DNA from: an uncultured Planctomycetaceae bacterium
Lineage (GTDB): Bacteria > Planctomycetota > Planctomycetia > Pirellulales > PALSA-1355
Assembly (NCBI GenBank): GCA_963785305.1
Contig: CAWAUV010000008.1
Span: 640,001 to 704,000, forward strand
Length of the DNA: 64,000 bases
Direction of reading: 5' to 3'
Program-made: the position numbers and the translations under genes
Shown here: positions 49,253-59,905 of the stretch, in pieces
How the letters are laid out: each line of letters opens with the position of its first letter
How positions within the stretch are numbered: the first letter of the stretch is position 1
Notes under the pieces: generated by a model
Database searches by the model: none
What the model saw: the letters and a program-made list of their open reading frames with translations, nothing else
Told to the model about the DNA's origin: nothing

Positions 49253-50064
49253 ATGAGCCATTACTGGGGCCTCGATGAATCGCCCTTCGCGACTTTGTCG
49301 GAGCGTTATTTTCATGAATCGGCCAATATCGAGGAATCGCTCGCCCGACTCCAGTTTCTCGTCGAGCATCGTCGCCGGCTGGGACTGATGTTGGGCGCGC
49401 CGGGGTCGGCAAGAGCGCGATCCTCCGCTGGTTTGCCCGCCAATCGCGCGGCGAAGGGCGCCAGGTGGCGCTGGTGAGCGCGCTCGGCATCGGACCCGCG
49501 GAGTTTTTGACCGAGCTCGCGCGCGAACTTGGCGCCGACGATGGTCGCGGCGCCACGCCCGCCGCGGCGTGGCGGGCGCTCGATGATTTCTTCGCCACGA
49601 ACCGCTATCAAGGCGCCGAGACAGTATTGCTTATCGACGACGCCGACGAGGCCGAGCCGGCGACCATTGCCCAGCTCACGCGGCTGGCCCAGTATCCTGG
49701 CAATGCGGGCGGCGCGTTGACGATCGTCATCGCCGGCCGCGAGAGCCATGTCACGGCGCTTGGCCCGCGACTGCTCGATCTGGCCGAACTGCGAATCGAT
49801 ATCGAGACATGGGAAGCCCTCGACACGGCGAACTTCGTGCGCCAATCGCTTGCGACCGCGGGAGGGCGCCGCGAGATTTTTTCGTCGCCGGCGCTTGGCC
49901 GCATTCACGACTATGCCCAGGGGTTGCCGCGCCGCGTGAAGCAACTGGCCGACCTGTGCTTGCTGGCGGGCGCGGGCGCCGAAGTCGCGCAAATCGAAGT
50001 CGACTTGGTGGACAACGTGTTTCATGAGCTCGGCGTGATCGCGACCGCGGCGCCGCTCGCCTGA
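49253..50064 (+). CDS. ExeA-like AAA ATPase (apparent frameshift in the GGGG run near 49402)
   Basis: HYWGL..SPF...EE.LARL; Walker A restored as GAPGVGKS by adding one G; Walker B LLIDDAD; G.PRRV..LADL.L. Confidence 0.85.
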
Positions 50065-50113
50065 TCGCGGCGCCCGGGGTTGCCAGCAGCGCATTGGGGC
50101 AAGGCGCCGTGGA

Positions 50114-50413
50114 TCAAGGCGCATTGGGAGCGGCGGCTGGCGGCGCGGCGGCATTGCCCTGCGGCGCGGCCGCAATGGGGCCGGCCGGCGCTTCCGCATC
50201 GGCGGGCGGCGGAGGCGCGTCGCGGCGCAATTCAACCGCTCGCTTATCGACAAGTTTGTCGTAATCCCCCGTTCCGCATCCCCCAACCAAGAGACATGCG
50301 ACGACCGCCGCTCGCCACGCGACCGCCGCCGTGTTATCCGCGCGCCCCGCCCGGCATTCGCAAACTCCGCGAACGCGCCGGTTCGTTGCAGAATCGGAAG
50401 TCCAATCGTTCAT
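50114..50413 (-). CDS. Small putative lipoprotein with Pro/Ala-rich tail
   Basis: Hydrophobic stretch + LVGGC lipobox, then GTGDYDK. True start may lie downstream of 50413. Confidence 0.5.
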   Translation of the reverse strand: MNDWTSDSATNRRVRGVCECRAGRADNTAAVAWRAAVVACLLVGGCGTGDYDKLVDKRAVELRRDAPPPPADAEAPAGPIAAAPQGNAAAPPAAAPNAP

Positions 50414-50460
50414 AAACGCCTCGATTTAGAGCCTATTCGAGAATTTCCGCGAACCCTCGT

Positions 50461-51050
50461 CCAGGGCTTTGATGCCAGCGTTTCGCGCGCTAGCGCGGGA
50501 TTCGACGGAGCGGGCTTCTTTTCGACAATCATTCGCCACGCGACGACTAACACTCATTGTGCGAGGCGCCGAGATGATTGTCGAGACGATGTTCGAGCGG
50601 TGTTACCGGAAAAGTCCCTTGCTCGCCGGTAATGGTCCGCCGCACGCTGAAATGGCCTCTCTCCGACGAAAAGTCAGACGCGTGGTGATGTACAATGCGC
50701 TCGGTGTGATGAGGGCGTCGCCGCGGGCCGCGCACGGAGCGGATGCGATTAAAAAGAATCGGTCGACGTATGACGTATTATGTGGCCGACGAGATCAGCG
50801 GCGCATGGCGCGGCATGGAGATCGCGATTCCCGAGCCTTACTGGCGCGAGACCTTCGGCCCAATGAGCGTGTCGGAATTGGCCGAGACACTGGTCCGCCT
50901 GGCCCAAGCGGTCCGGCTCTCCCGATTCCAAAAGCAACCGCGCGGCAAGAAGAAACCGCCACCGAAACGCACCGGCGCCAAACCCCACTTCGCCACCGCC
51001 GAAATACTCGCGCACCGCAAACGCCGGAAATAATACCTTTGAAGCCCTGG
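50461..51050 (+). mobile_element. Internally deleted IS4-family element (about 590 bp)
   Basis: Inverted ends CCAGGGCTT (50461) and AAGCCCTGG (51050). Retains a transposase-like N-terminus (MIVETMFER...KSP) and C-terminus (YYVADEISGAWRGMEIAIP...FQKQPRGKKKP, stop 51033). No DDE core. Confidence 0.72.
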
Positions 51051-52121
51051 ATAGTTCGCCCACTTCGAGCGATTTTTACATCTACGACGGCGAGAACGTG
51101 CTGCTCGCGCTGAATTCCTCGGGCGAAGTCGTCGATCGCTACCTCGACGGCCCGGCGGTCGATCAGGTGTTCGCGGCCGGAAACCAGCTCGGGCGTCGTC
51201 GATTGGCTCTTGGCCGATAATCTGGGCAGCGTGCGCGACGTGGTCCAGTACAACGCGAGCACCGGCAACACCGACATCCTCGACCACATCCTCTACGACG
51301 CCTTCGGCAACGTGGTCTCGCAAACCGACGCCGCCGATCAGCCGGCGTTCCTCTTCGCCGGCGAAATGTATGACTCGAACACCGGATTGTACTACGACCA
51401 CGAGCGCTGGTATGATCCCGAAACCGGCGACTTCATCAGCCAAGACCCACTCGGCTTCGCGGCGGGCGATAGCAATTTGAATCGCTATGTGGGGAATAAT
51501 GTTACCAGCCTGACCGATCCGAGCGGGATGGCGCCGGCCGCAGGCCATTGGGAACTTTTTCAAGACCCGGGCGGGAGAGCGCTGCAAGAAACCGTTCCCG
51601 TCCAGCTCAATGCCGCTCGTCCGCCCGCCCCGAACGCTGGCCAGCCTGATTCCGGCGACGATGTGGGCGTGATTCACAGCAACTCCGGCGGCGCATCGCC
51701 AGGATACAACCCGCGATCGGTCCGTGCGTCGGCATGGGACATCTACTGGGGCGAGCGAGGATTCTGGAAAGACAGCCTCATCATGCCCTGGAACAATACG
51801 TCCGAGGTGGATGCCGGTGATACGGCGCTCAAATGGGGCAAATGGGGCGGCGAAGCTACTGCCGTGACCGCAGGTACGGCTGCGGCAGCCCTAACCTACG
51901 CGAGCGCCGCAGCCGCCGCCGCAGCAGCCGCCGCTCGTGCGCAACAAATCGCTGGCGCCTAGGCCGCGCTGGCAGCAGCTATTGCGTCGCGTGAGTGGTG
52001 GGGGACTAACATCGGCCACCTGACAGGCGAAGCACTCGAAACAGCGGAAGAACTTATCCTCAAGCGCGATGCCGAGATTGAACAGCTACAAAAGTTATTC
52101 GGGATACTCACGGGCAAATGA
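51051..52121 (+). pseudogene. Orphan Rhs core + C-terminal toxin tip (5' truncated; in-frame TAG at 51960)
   Basis: YDGENV..., DNLGSVRD, YDAFG, GLYY...RWYDP.TG.F.SQDP.G, N..RYV.N......DPSG. The frame stays open after the TAG to TGA 52121. Confidence 0.85.
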
Positions 52122-52124
52122 ACG

Positions 52125-52442
52125 ATGCGATTTGAATTCTGGCGTAACGAACTGATTGAATACGTACAAAGCGGCAATGATAATTCGCTTCGAGCGTCTG
52201 CGATCGGGATACTTTCCGGAGAGTATCTAAAATCCAACGATCCGGCAGTTGGAAGAGCGATCGCCGAGTTCGTCGTTGACGAATCCGTTAGCGTTGACTT
52301 ACGGAAGTTCGCATACCTATGCTTGCTTGAAGTCTCAGATTTTAGCTACAAAGATTATCCCGATTTGGAAACGTTTGTTTTTCCTGAACTTGTCAACCGT
52401 GAGCTATTGGATCATTTCCTCGGCAAAACCACGTCGCCATAA
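52125..52442 (+). CDS. Putative Rhs immunity protein
   Basis: Visibly lower-GC 105-aa helical/acidic ORF starting 3 nt after the toxin-frame stop. Confidence 0.65.
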   Translation: MRFEFWRNELIEYVQSGNDNSLRASAIGILSGEYLKSNDPAVGRAIAEFVVDESVSVDLRKFAYLCLLEVSDFSYKDYPDLETFVFPELVNRELLDHFLGKTTSP

Positions 52443-52546
52443 TGAACTGTTCCTGTCCCTCCCGGAAACTTCATCCGGGTGGATTGCGGCGTAGGAAGGC
52501 GCGGTTTCGGGAAGGGGTTTTTGGCGGCACGTCGAGAGATTTTTTG

Positions 52547-53255
52547 ATGGGGCGAGTAAAAATAGGCATTGCGGGCCTGTTCTCGTTCCTCGGCGCGGCT
52601 TCGCCGTCGGCCCAGGTGGCCGATCCTTCGGATTCTTCGATCCTGCTGGGGCCGGTTTACAACGCGGTGGGCGAGGAGATTTCGAGCACCGATCTCTTGG
52701 GCAACGTCACGTCGTACACCTACAACGCCCTGGGCGAGGAGACGAGCATGACTCAGCCGGCGGCCAGCGGCTCGGGGAGCGGGGGCGTGACGTACTACGG
52801 TTACGACGCCGACGGCGAATTGACCAGCGTCACCGATCCGCTGGGCAATGTCACCACCTACGGCTACGACAACCTGAGCCGCGAAACGAGCGTCAGCCTG
52901 CCGAACGCGTCGACCGGCGCCGCCGGCGGTCCGACCACCAGCTACGGCTACGATCTCGATGGCGAACTGACCAGCGAAACCGATCCGCTGGGCAACGAGA
53001 CGATCTACGCCTACGACGACGCCGGCGACCTGACCAGCCTGACCGATCCCGACGGCAACACGACCAGCTACGCGTACGACGGCGATGGCCAAGTCGTGAG
53101 CGAGTCGCGCGATGTCTATGAAAACTCCACGGCGACGGACGCGGCCGTGAGCGAGAGCATGGCGTATGACCTCGATGGCAACCTCACGCAGCTAGTCGAC
53201 TACGACGGCCGCGTGACCAATTACAGCTACAACTCGCTGAACGAGGAGACCCAAG
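52547..53255 (+). pseudogene. Rhs/YD-repeat fragment
   Basis: Repeated TxYxYDxxGELTSxTDPLGN units; repeat character is lost after about 53255. Confidence 0.82.
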
Positions 53256-53525
53256 ACACCCAAAACGAGACTTTTCGCCGAGCAATGCGCATGGAAACGG
53301 AAGAACCGGTTTTTTGCCATGTGTGGTCGACTTCGGGACCGCAGTTTCGTTACGGACGCCGGGCGCGGAATTGTGGCTTGGGCGCCGCGGGATAGCGAGT
53401 GGGGTTCGGCCACGCCCGTCAGCGGCGTGTCGCGGGCCTTCACCTTGGACCATGATGGCGACCTGGACCTCGGCGGCGACCCTCACCAGCATCGCGAACA
53501 CATTTCCCCCGCGACCGCCGAGGGC

Positions 53526-55454
53526 TCAATTTTCGTAGGGCATCAGAATCCGGTCGGGCTCGAGGCCCGCGATCGAGCGGAATCCGCCATCGGCGATGGC
53601 TTCGCCCAACCGGGTGGCAGTGCGAAAATAGCGATCGCTCGGCCGCCGGCCCGAAAGCTTGCGGGTCAGGTCTTGGCAGAGCAGGTCGGCGGCGGCGCGG
53701 ACCACTTCGTCGTCTTGCCGAGCGCCATGAAGACTCACGCAGAGCATGGTCACCATGTCTTGCACTCGCTGCGAAAGCTCCGACATGCGGCATTGCCGAT
53801 CGGCCAGCGCCAACTGATGCTTGCTCATCACGGAGCTGATCTCGACGCCGACGCGGGCAAGTCCCGCGGCCGCGAACTGGGCATGTTCGTCGAGCGGCGC
53901 GGGCATCGGCGGCAAAGCCGGTTCGGGCGGCGGCGCGAGGCGATGCGCGGCGAGCCACTTGGCATAGGGCCAGACGACGCCCTTGAGCGCCCAGGCATGG
54001 GCCGGATTGAGCGGGTTGGGCTTGCGGATGCCGGCGGCTTGCAGCGCTTTGCCGATCGGCTCGAAAAACCGCACTCCATGTTGCTTGACGAGCGACTTGA
54101 AGAACCCCATTGCGAGCATTTCGCCTTCGCCTTCGTAGATGCAAGGCGCCAGATATTCATGCACATTGTCGCCGAAGATATGGCCGGCGAGAAACGATCG
54201 ACCGCCGTGGGTTTTCATGAACAGCTCGATCGCGGCTTCTTTTTGGGCCTCGGAGCCGAAAATCTTGGCCACGATGCATTCCATCTCGCCGCGATAGCCT
54301 TGATCGATCAGCCCCGAACACCAGGCCACGAGCGCGTCGGCCCCGGTGATGAGCCCGGCCAATCGCGCCAGGCGGCGGCGCACCAGTTCGCGAGTGGCGA
54401 TCGGGGCGCCATAGGTTTTGCGAAAACGTCCCCAAGGCAACATGCTGGCGAGCATGATGCGCATCGTGCCCGCCGCATTCGCGCAGAGCGCGATCCGGCC
54501 GAGATTTAGGCCGTGGTATGCGATCGTGAGTCCATCGCCGCGCGGCGGTCGCAGTAGATTGACCGCCGGCACGCGAAAGTCGCGCAGCACGATGCCTTGA
54601 TTGTGCGTGTGCTTGAGCGCGTAGAGCCCGTATTTGCGCAGTTGAAAATGTTCGTTTTCCTCTTGGGGCAAATCGACGATCAATACCGCCGGCCGATGCT
54701 CGACGTGGCACACCAAACCGATCGTTCGCCCGGGCCGAACATTGGTGATAAACAGCTTTTCGCCATTGACCACATAGTCGTCGCCATCGAGTTCGGCGTG
54801 GGTTCGCAGCGCGGTGAGGTCCGAGCCGGCGCAGGGCTCGGTGAGCGCGAAGGCCGAGAGTCGCTCGCCGCTGGCAAGTTTCGGTAGGAAACGGGCTCGC
54901 TGCTCGCTATCGCCAAATGTGCGAACTGGGTCGACCGCCCCGATGCAGCCATGGACCGACGCCAGCCCGGCGATGGTCGGGTCGGCGAGCGCCATGCGAG
55001 TGAGAAACGGCGCGAAGCTCGAAAACGACGCGCCCGAGCCGCCATAGGCCTTGTCGACCAGGAGGCCCCAGTATCCGGCCGCCGCGAGCTCGGCGAACAC
55101 GTCGTCGGCAATCTTGCGTTGGCCGTCGAGCAGCGTGCCGGCCGCCCGGCGTCGAGCCACCACCGCGATCGAGTCATCCATCACCTTCGCGATCTCGGGC
55201 GGCGTGGCGCCTGGCTTGCTAACGAACAGATCGACCGGCAGATCGCGTTCCCAAACCGCGCGATGGATTGGGCTATGGACGGTTTGGTACTGCGGCGCGA
55301 AGAGGGCCTCGACCTGATCGTCGGCCTTGTCGATGGCGCCGGTGCGGCGAGCTTCGTCGTCGCTTTTGCCGCCTAATTTCAGCGCCGTTTCGGCGAAACT
55401 GGCTTCGTTTTCAGACGGATGGACGCTCGGGACGTCGTGCGCGGTGGATTTCAT
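53526..55454 (-). CDS. Acyl-CoA dehydrogenase family protein
   Basis: [37 protein letters not shown]. Confidence 0.92.
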   Translation of the reverse strand: MKSTAHDVPSVHPSENEASFAETALKLGGKSDDEARRTGAIDKADDQVEALFAPQYQTVHSPIHRAVWERDLPVDLFVSKPGATPPEIAKVMDDSIAVVARRRAAGTLLDGQRKIADDVFAELAAAGYWGLLVDKAYGGSGASFSSFAPFLTRMALADPTIAGLASVHGCIGAVDPVRTFGDSEQRARFLPKLASGERLSAFALTEPCAGSDLTALRTHAELDGDDYVVNGEKLFITNVRPGRTIGLVCHVEHRPAVLIVDLPQEENEHFQLRKYGLYALKHTHNQGIVLRDFRVPAVNLLRPPRGDGLTIAYHGLNLGRIALCANAAGTMRIMLASMLPWGRFRKTYGAPIATRELVRRRLARLAGLITGADALVAWCSGLIDQGYRGEMECIVAKIFGSEAQKEAAIELFMKTHGGRSFLAGHIFGDNVHEYLAPCIYEGEGEMLAMGFFKSLVKQHGVRFFEPIGKALQAAGIRKPNPLNPAHAWALKGVVWPYAKWLAAHRLAPPPEPALPPMPAPLDEHAQFAAAGLARVGVEISSVMSKHQLALADRQCRMSELSQRVQDMVTMLCVSLHGARQDDEVVRAAADLLCQDLTRKLSGRRPSDRYFRTATRLGEAIADGGFRSIAGLEPDRILMPYEN

Positions 55455-55546
55455 GGCTGCGATTCCTGGGGGGATGGCGGCTCCTGCCGGGCGCGGGAAC
55501 TGCGCGAATTCGAACTGCCGCCTCAATTATACGCGCGCAAACCGAA

Positions 55547-57400
55547 TCAAAAGGCGTCGCCGGGCGCTTGCGGCGCTTCGGCGATTCTTTCCGCCCTCGC
55601 CGCGGCGCCGGAATCGGCGTAGAGTAGCTCGATTTCGCGGGAATAATAGTGTTCGATCACGGCGCGGCGCGGCTTGAGCGTCGGTGTGAGTTGGCCGTTT
55701 TCTTGACTAAAACCGCGGGTGAGCACGATGAATTTGCCGACTTGTTCCCATTCCGCGCACTCAGCGAGCCGCTGGGCGATCCGCCGCGAAAGCAGCTCCG
55801 GCGCCGCCGGATGGTCGAGCGGCTCGCAAGCAATTCGAGCTTCGCCCGTGGGCCGCGCTTCTGGCGCCGAAGGGTCGGCGGGCGGTGGGCCGGCGCCGCC
55901 CGACTCCACCGCGGTCCGCCCGGCGGCGCGCTGCTCCGCGGCAAGCTCCTCGCGCAGACGTTCGACATCGGGCACGATAAGCGCCGTGAGAAAGCGGCGG
56001 CCATCGCCCACGAGCATCGCCTGGGCCACGAGCGGGTCGGCCGTGAGTCGGCTTTCGATGCCAGCGGGAGAAACTTTCTTCCCGTTCGTAAGCACGAGCA
56101 TTTCCTTCTTCCGGCCCACGATCCGGAGGTGGCCTTCGTCCCAGGCGCCCAAATCGCCAGTCGCGAGCCAACCATCGGCGTTGATGACCGCCGCCGTGTC
56201 TGCCGGACGATTCCAATAACCGAGCATCACATGGGGACCGCGGGTGAGAATCTCTCCATCGTCGGCAATTCGAACCTCGACTCCTGGAATCGGCGGACCC
56301 ACCGTGCCCAAGCGGTGATGCTTGCGACCGCCGGTCGTAATCACGGGCGATGTTTCCGTGAGCCCATAGCCCTGCGTCAGCAACACGCCCTGGCGGCGAT
56401 AGAACTCGGCGGTGTGATCGGCCAGCGGAGCGCCGCCCGAGCAAAGGAATCGCATTCGGCCCCCGAGCAAACCTTGCAGTGCGCCGGGCTCGCTGGCGCG
56501 GCCTTGCGATTCGAGATATCGCTCGAGCTTTTCATAGAAGTAAGGCACGCCGTTGAGCACCGTGGGACGCGCCGCGGCGAGATCGCGGAGCAGGGTCTCG
56601 CGACTTTCGGCCAGCGCCAGCGGAATGCCCGACGCGAGCCAGATATAGAGGTCGCTGGTGCGAGCGAAAATATGCGAAAGCGGCAGCCAAGCCATTCGCA
56701 AATCGCCGGGCTCGGGCTCGAAGGTCTCGAACGCGGCGAGCGCATTGAATGCCAAGTTGCCGTGGCTAAGCATCACGCCCTTGGGCTCGGCGGTCGTGCC
56801 CGAGGTGTAGAGAATCGTGGCCAACCGCGCGGGCGTCGTGCGTTGGAGCGCGGCGGCGAGCAGTGGTTCGATATCGGCCGGCGGCGCGGCGATCGCCAAG
56901 GCAACGAGCGACGGATCGTCGATCAAGTGGCAATGCGCGTCGCCAACCAATTCCGTCGCGCGGGCCAAGAGCGCGTTGTTGCTTAGGCCGATCGCGAGGC
57001 GAGATCCGCTGTCGCGCAGTTGCCAGGCCATTTGCTCTGGCGAGAGCGCTGCATGCACCGCCACATGCACGGCGCCCGCGAGATGCACGGCCAGATCGAT
57101 CACGATCCAAAGATACCGGTTTCCCGATACTTGCCCCACGCGGTCACCTGGCCCGACGCCAAGCTCGCCGAGCGCCCAGGCCACGCGACGCACATCGTCG
57201 GCCAGTTCGCTCCACGAAACGGCTTCGAAGCCATTGTCGCTCGCCGCCGGATACTCGCGCCCGGCGATTTGCGGCGCGAAGATTCGCGAGCGGGCTCCGG
57301 AGCGAACCAGCAGCGCCGTTTCGTGGCCACTGCCGCGGAATCGGCCCGCGACGAGCGATACGAGCGTCTCGCGATTTTTATCCCAAGCAATTTGATTCAT
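55547..57400 (-). CDS. Long-chain fatty acid--CoA ligase (AMP-binding)
   Basis: YTSGTT..PKGV, LPLSH, SGGAPL, QGYGLTE, GWLATGDLG, LTPTLK. Confidence 0.92.
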   Translation of the reverse strand: MNQIAWDKNRETLVSLVAGRFRGSGHETALLVRSGARSRIFAPQIAGREYPAASDNGFEAVSWSELADDVRRVAWALGELGVGPGDRVGQVSGNRYLWIVIDLAVHLAGAVHVAVHAALSPEQMAWQLRDSGSRLAIGLSNNALLARATELVGDAHCHLIDDPSLVALAIAAPPADIEPLLAAALQRTTPARLATILYTSGTTAEPKGVMLSHGNLAFNALAAFETFEPEPGDLRMAWLPLSHIFARTSDLYIWLASGIPLALAESRETLLRDLAAARPTVLNGVPYFYEKLERYLESQGRASEPGALQGLLGGRMRFLCSGGAPLADHTAEFYRRQGVLLTQGYGLTETSPVITTGGRKHHRLGTVGPPIPGVEVRIADDGEILTRGPHVMLGYWNRPADTAAVINADGWLATGDLGAWDEGHLRIVGRKKEMLVLTNGKKVSPAGIESRLTADPLVAQAMLVGDGRRFLTALIVPDVERLREELAAEQRAAGRTAVESGGAGPPPADPSAPEARPTGEARIACEPLDHPAAPELLSRRIAQRLAECAEWEQVGKFIVLTRGFSQENGQLTPTLKPRRAVIEHYYSREIELLYADSGAAARAERIAEAPQAPGDAF

Positions 57401-57410
57401 GGCAAAGACT

Positions 57411-58757
57411 TCACGAGTCCGCCGGACTTTGGTTCGCGAGGTTTTGGCTCGCCGGGCTTGCGCTCGACGCCGCGGCGACCGATGGGCTGTCGGTCTTTGG
57501 ATTTTGAAACCATTGTCCGCAAACGACGATGACCAGCCCATGCAATGCCAGATTCAACGCCAGCAGAGTAACATTTCCCTCGTGGGGCCCCCATCGCAAC
57601 CCCGGAGCGACAAAACTCCAGCCCGAGACAAATTGGATTGCAAGAATCCCCAGGACCGCCGGCAGGCTGGGCCGCAATCGCGCCAGCACCGCGGGTCCGG
57701 CCAAGACGAGCGGCCAGCCATAGGTCAAGAGCCGTCCCCACCAGGCGCCGAGCATGGGCGCGGTGAAAAAGGCGATGAGCCCATAGAACATGGCGATCGC
57801 CGCCGCCGGAGGGTAGCGCCGCGGACAGGCTCGGCCATCGCGCAGTATCGCCAGTGCGACCAGGGTTGGAAACACACCGAACATCGTTGCCCAATGCACG
57901 ACAATATTCAACGGCCGCTCGACGCTGAAGCCGGCATAGCCGATGGCGCGCATTTCGCCGGTCGGAGCCCAGGCAGGCAACGTGTACGTCCACAGAGGTC
58001 GTCGGGCGTGAGTATTCGGCAGCGAGTCGACCCAGAGGTTGAGGCCCAGAAAATTGGTGGCGAAATTAAACGGCGCCTTGCATGCCAGATAGACGAGCTC
58101 GGGCATCGCATGCACATTGGGCGGGGCGCTTCGCGTGGCCCAGGCGGCGATCGCGACGCCGAGGAGCGTGGCCGCGGCCAGTGCGGCGGCCCAGCGTCGC
58201 TCGCCCTGGAAGGCGAGCGTGGGGATTGCGATCGCGGCGAGCAGGAGCGTCGATTCGCGCGTAAGCTGCATCGATAATATAATGGCGAGGCTTGTCCCGA
58301 GGCGCGGCGAGCGACGCTCCAAAAAAACAACGCGCCCAGCGCCGCGTGGAATAGATCGGGCAACAGAAACAGACGATACGTTTCTCTCAGAAAAGGCAGC
58401 GCCGGAGCAAGCGCAAAACCACCAGGGCGTGAGCCTGATTTCCGTGAGCGCAATCGCCACGCAAAACACGAGCAGCGCCGCCGAAGTCAGCACGAAAAAA
58501 CTGGTCGTGAGTTCGGTTCCCAGCAGCGACGAAAGCTGCCGCGCCAGGAGCGGCTCGAAGAATCGATTCGCGAAGGGACGCGGGGTCGTCGCGAGGCGCC
58601 CGGCCGCCATCTCGACGTAATAGACCCCATCGGCCGAGGGTGGGGCATGGATCGCGAGGCCGGGCGCCACCAGGGCGAACATGCCGCCGGCAACGAGCCC
58701 GGCGCACGCCAAAGCAGCCCACGAATTGCGGGGTCGCTTGCCATCGCATGCCGCCAT
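57411..58757 (-). CDS. Multi-pass membrane protein, GT-C-like (two compensating apparent frameshifts near 58400 and 58325)
   Basis: TM1 followed by DG..Y..MA and PF..R...P; LLPD in the alternate frame; LTRES motif; many TM segments. Confidence 0.6.
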   Translation of the reverse strand: MAACDGKRPRNSWAALACAGLVAGGMFALVAPGLAIHAPPSADGVYYVEMAAGRLATTPRPFANRFFEPLLARQLSSLLGTELTTSFFVLTSAALLVFCVAIALTEIRLTPWWFCACSGAAFSERNVSSVSVARSIPRGAGRVVFLERRSPRLGTSLAIILSMQLTRESTLLLAAIAIPTLAFQGERRWAAALAAATLLGVAIAAWATRSAPPNVHAMPELVYLACKAPFNFATNFLGLNLWVDSLPNTHARRPLWTYTLPAWAPTGEMRAIGYAGFSVERPLNIVVHWATMFGVFPTLVALAILRDGRACPRRYPPAAAIAMFYGLIAFFTAPMLGAWWGRLLTYGWPLVLAGPAVLARLRPSLPAVLGILAIQFVSGWSFVAPGLRWGPHEGNVTLLALNLALHGLVIVVCGQWFQNPKTDSPSVAAASSASPASQNLANQSPADS

Positions 58758-59025
58758 GAATGCCTCCGCCCCCTGCTTGCGCTAAATCCGGCCGCTCGCC
58801 CGCCGCCAAAGAAAGCGATTGTAGCCTCGAACGGCGAGCGGCGCCCGAGCGCCTTCGCATCATCTCGGCCCGAGGCGAGTTCCCGAGAGGAGTTCCCGAG
58901 GCAAGTTCCAGAGATGGGGCGCCTTGTAAAAAGCGGCATGGCTTTTTCGCGCTCCGGTTCCGTGATACATTCGGCCCTGGGCAGGTCCTTGGGCGCCGAT
59001 TTTATCCTCGTGGGAACCAACAATC

Positions 59026-59865
59026 ATGATCGGATCATGCGTCACCGTGAGCCTTGTGCCGGAGGCCCGAGGTGGGCCGTTCGTCTTTTGGGACGATCTT
59101 CCCGCGGCTTGCGCCACGGCCCAAGAATTGGGCTTCGACGCCATCGAGATTTTTCCTTCCGATCCTCGGAGCATCGATCCCACGCGAACCCTGCGATTGC
59201 TCGCCGATCATGGCTTGCGGCTGGGCGCGATGGGCACGGGCGCGGGCTGGGTGCTCCAGCACCTGACACTCACGGCCGCCGACGCCACGGCACGCACGCG
59301 CGCCCAGGCATTCGTGCGCGCGGTGATCGACACCGCCGGCGCGCTCGGCGCCCCGGCGATCATCGGTTCGATGCAAGGCCGCTGGCAAGGCGAAGTCGGT
59401 CGTGGGCGGGCACTCTGCTATCTTGGCGAATCGCTGGCCACGCTGGGCGAACACGCCGCGCAGTTTGGCGTGCCGCTGCTCTATGAGCCGCTCAATCGCT
59501 ATGAGACTAATCTCGTGAACCGCTTGGTCGATGGGGTCGAGTTGATTCAAAAAATCGGCGCGGGTTCCACGACCGGCGCCAATGTTCGTCTGTTGGCCGA
59601 CCTATTTCACATGAATATCGAGGAAGTCGATCTCGCCGCGGCGATCCGAGACGCGGAAGGGTATATCGGGCATTTGCATTTCGTCGACTCGAATCGCCGC
59701 CCGGCCGGTTGCGGCCACATCGACTTCGCCCCCATCGGCCTGGCACTCCACGAGAGCGGCTACGATGGTCTCGCATCGGCCGAAGCGCTATCGTATCCCG
59801 ATGCGCGCACCGCCGCTCAACTGACCATCGACGCCTACCGGCGCTTTCTCTTCGATAAGCAATAA
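59026..59865 (+). CDS. Sugar phosphate isomerase/epimerase (xylose isomerase-like TIM barrel)
   Basis: GFDAIE, EPLNRYE, DLFHMNIEE, HFVDSNR..AG.GH. Confidence 0.92.
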   Translation: MIGSCVTVSLVPEARGGPFVFWDDLPAACATAQELGFDAIEIFPSDPRSIDPTRTLRLLADHGLRLGAMGTGAGWVLQHLTLTAADATARTRAQAFVRAVIDTAGALGAPAIIGSMQGRWQGEVGRGRALCYLGESLATLGEHAAQFGVPLLYEPLNRYETNLVNRLVDGVELIQKIGAGSTTGANVRLLADLFHMNIEEVDLAAAIRDAEGYIGHLHFVDSNRRPAGCGHIDFAPIGLALHESGYDGLASAEALSYPDARTAAQLTIDAYRRFLFDKQ

Positions 59866-59905
59866 CTCGGCCTCGACGCTAGCGGCAGGCTCCCGCTCCC
59901 GGCCA

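Noticed and set aside
51960..51962. In-frame TAG as pyrrolysine or programmed readthrough
   Set aside because: No pyl genes or recoding signal is visible, and the locus is otherwise decayed. A nonsense mutation or base-call error is more likely.
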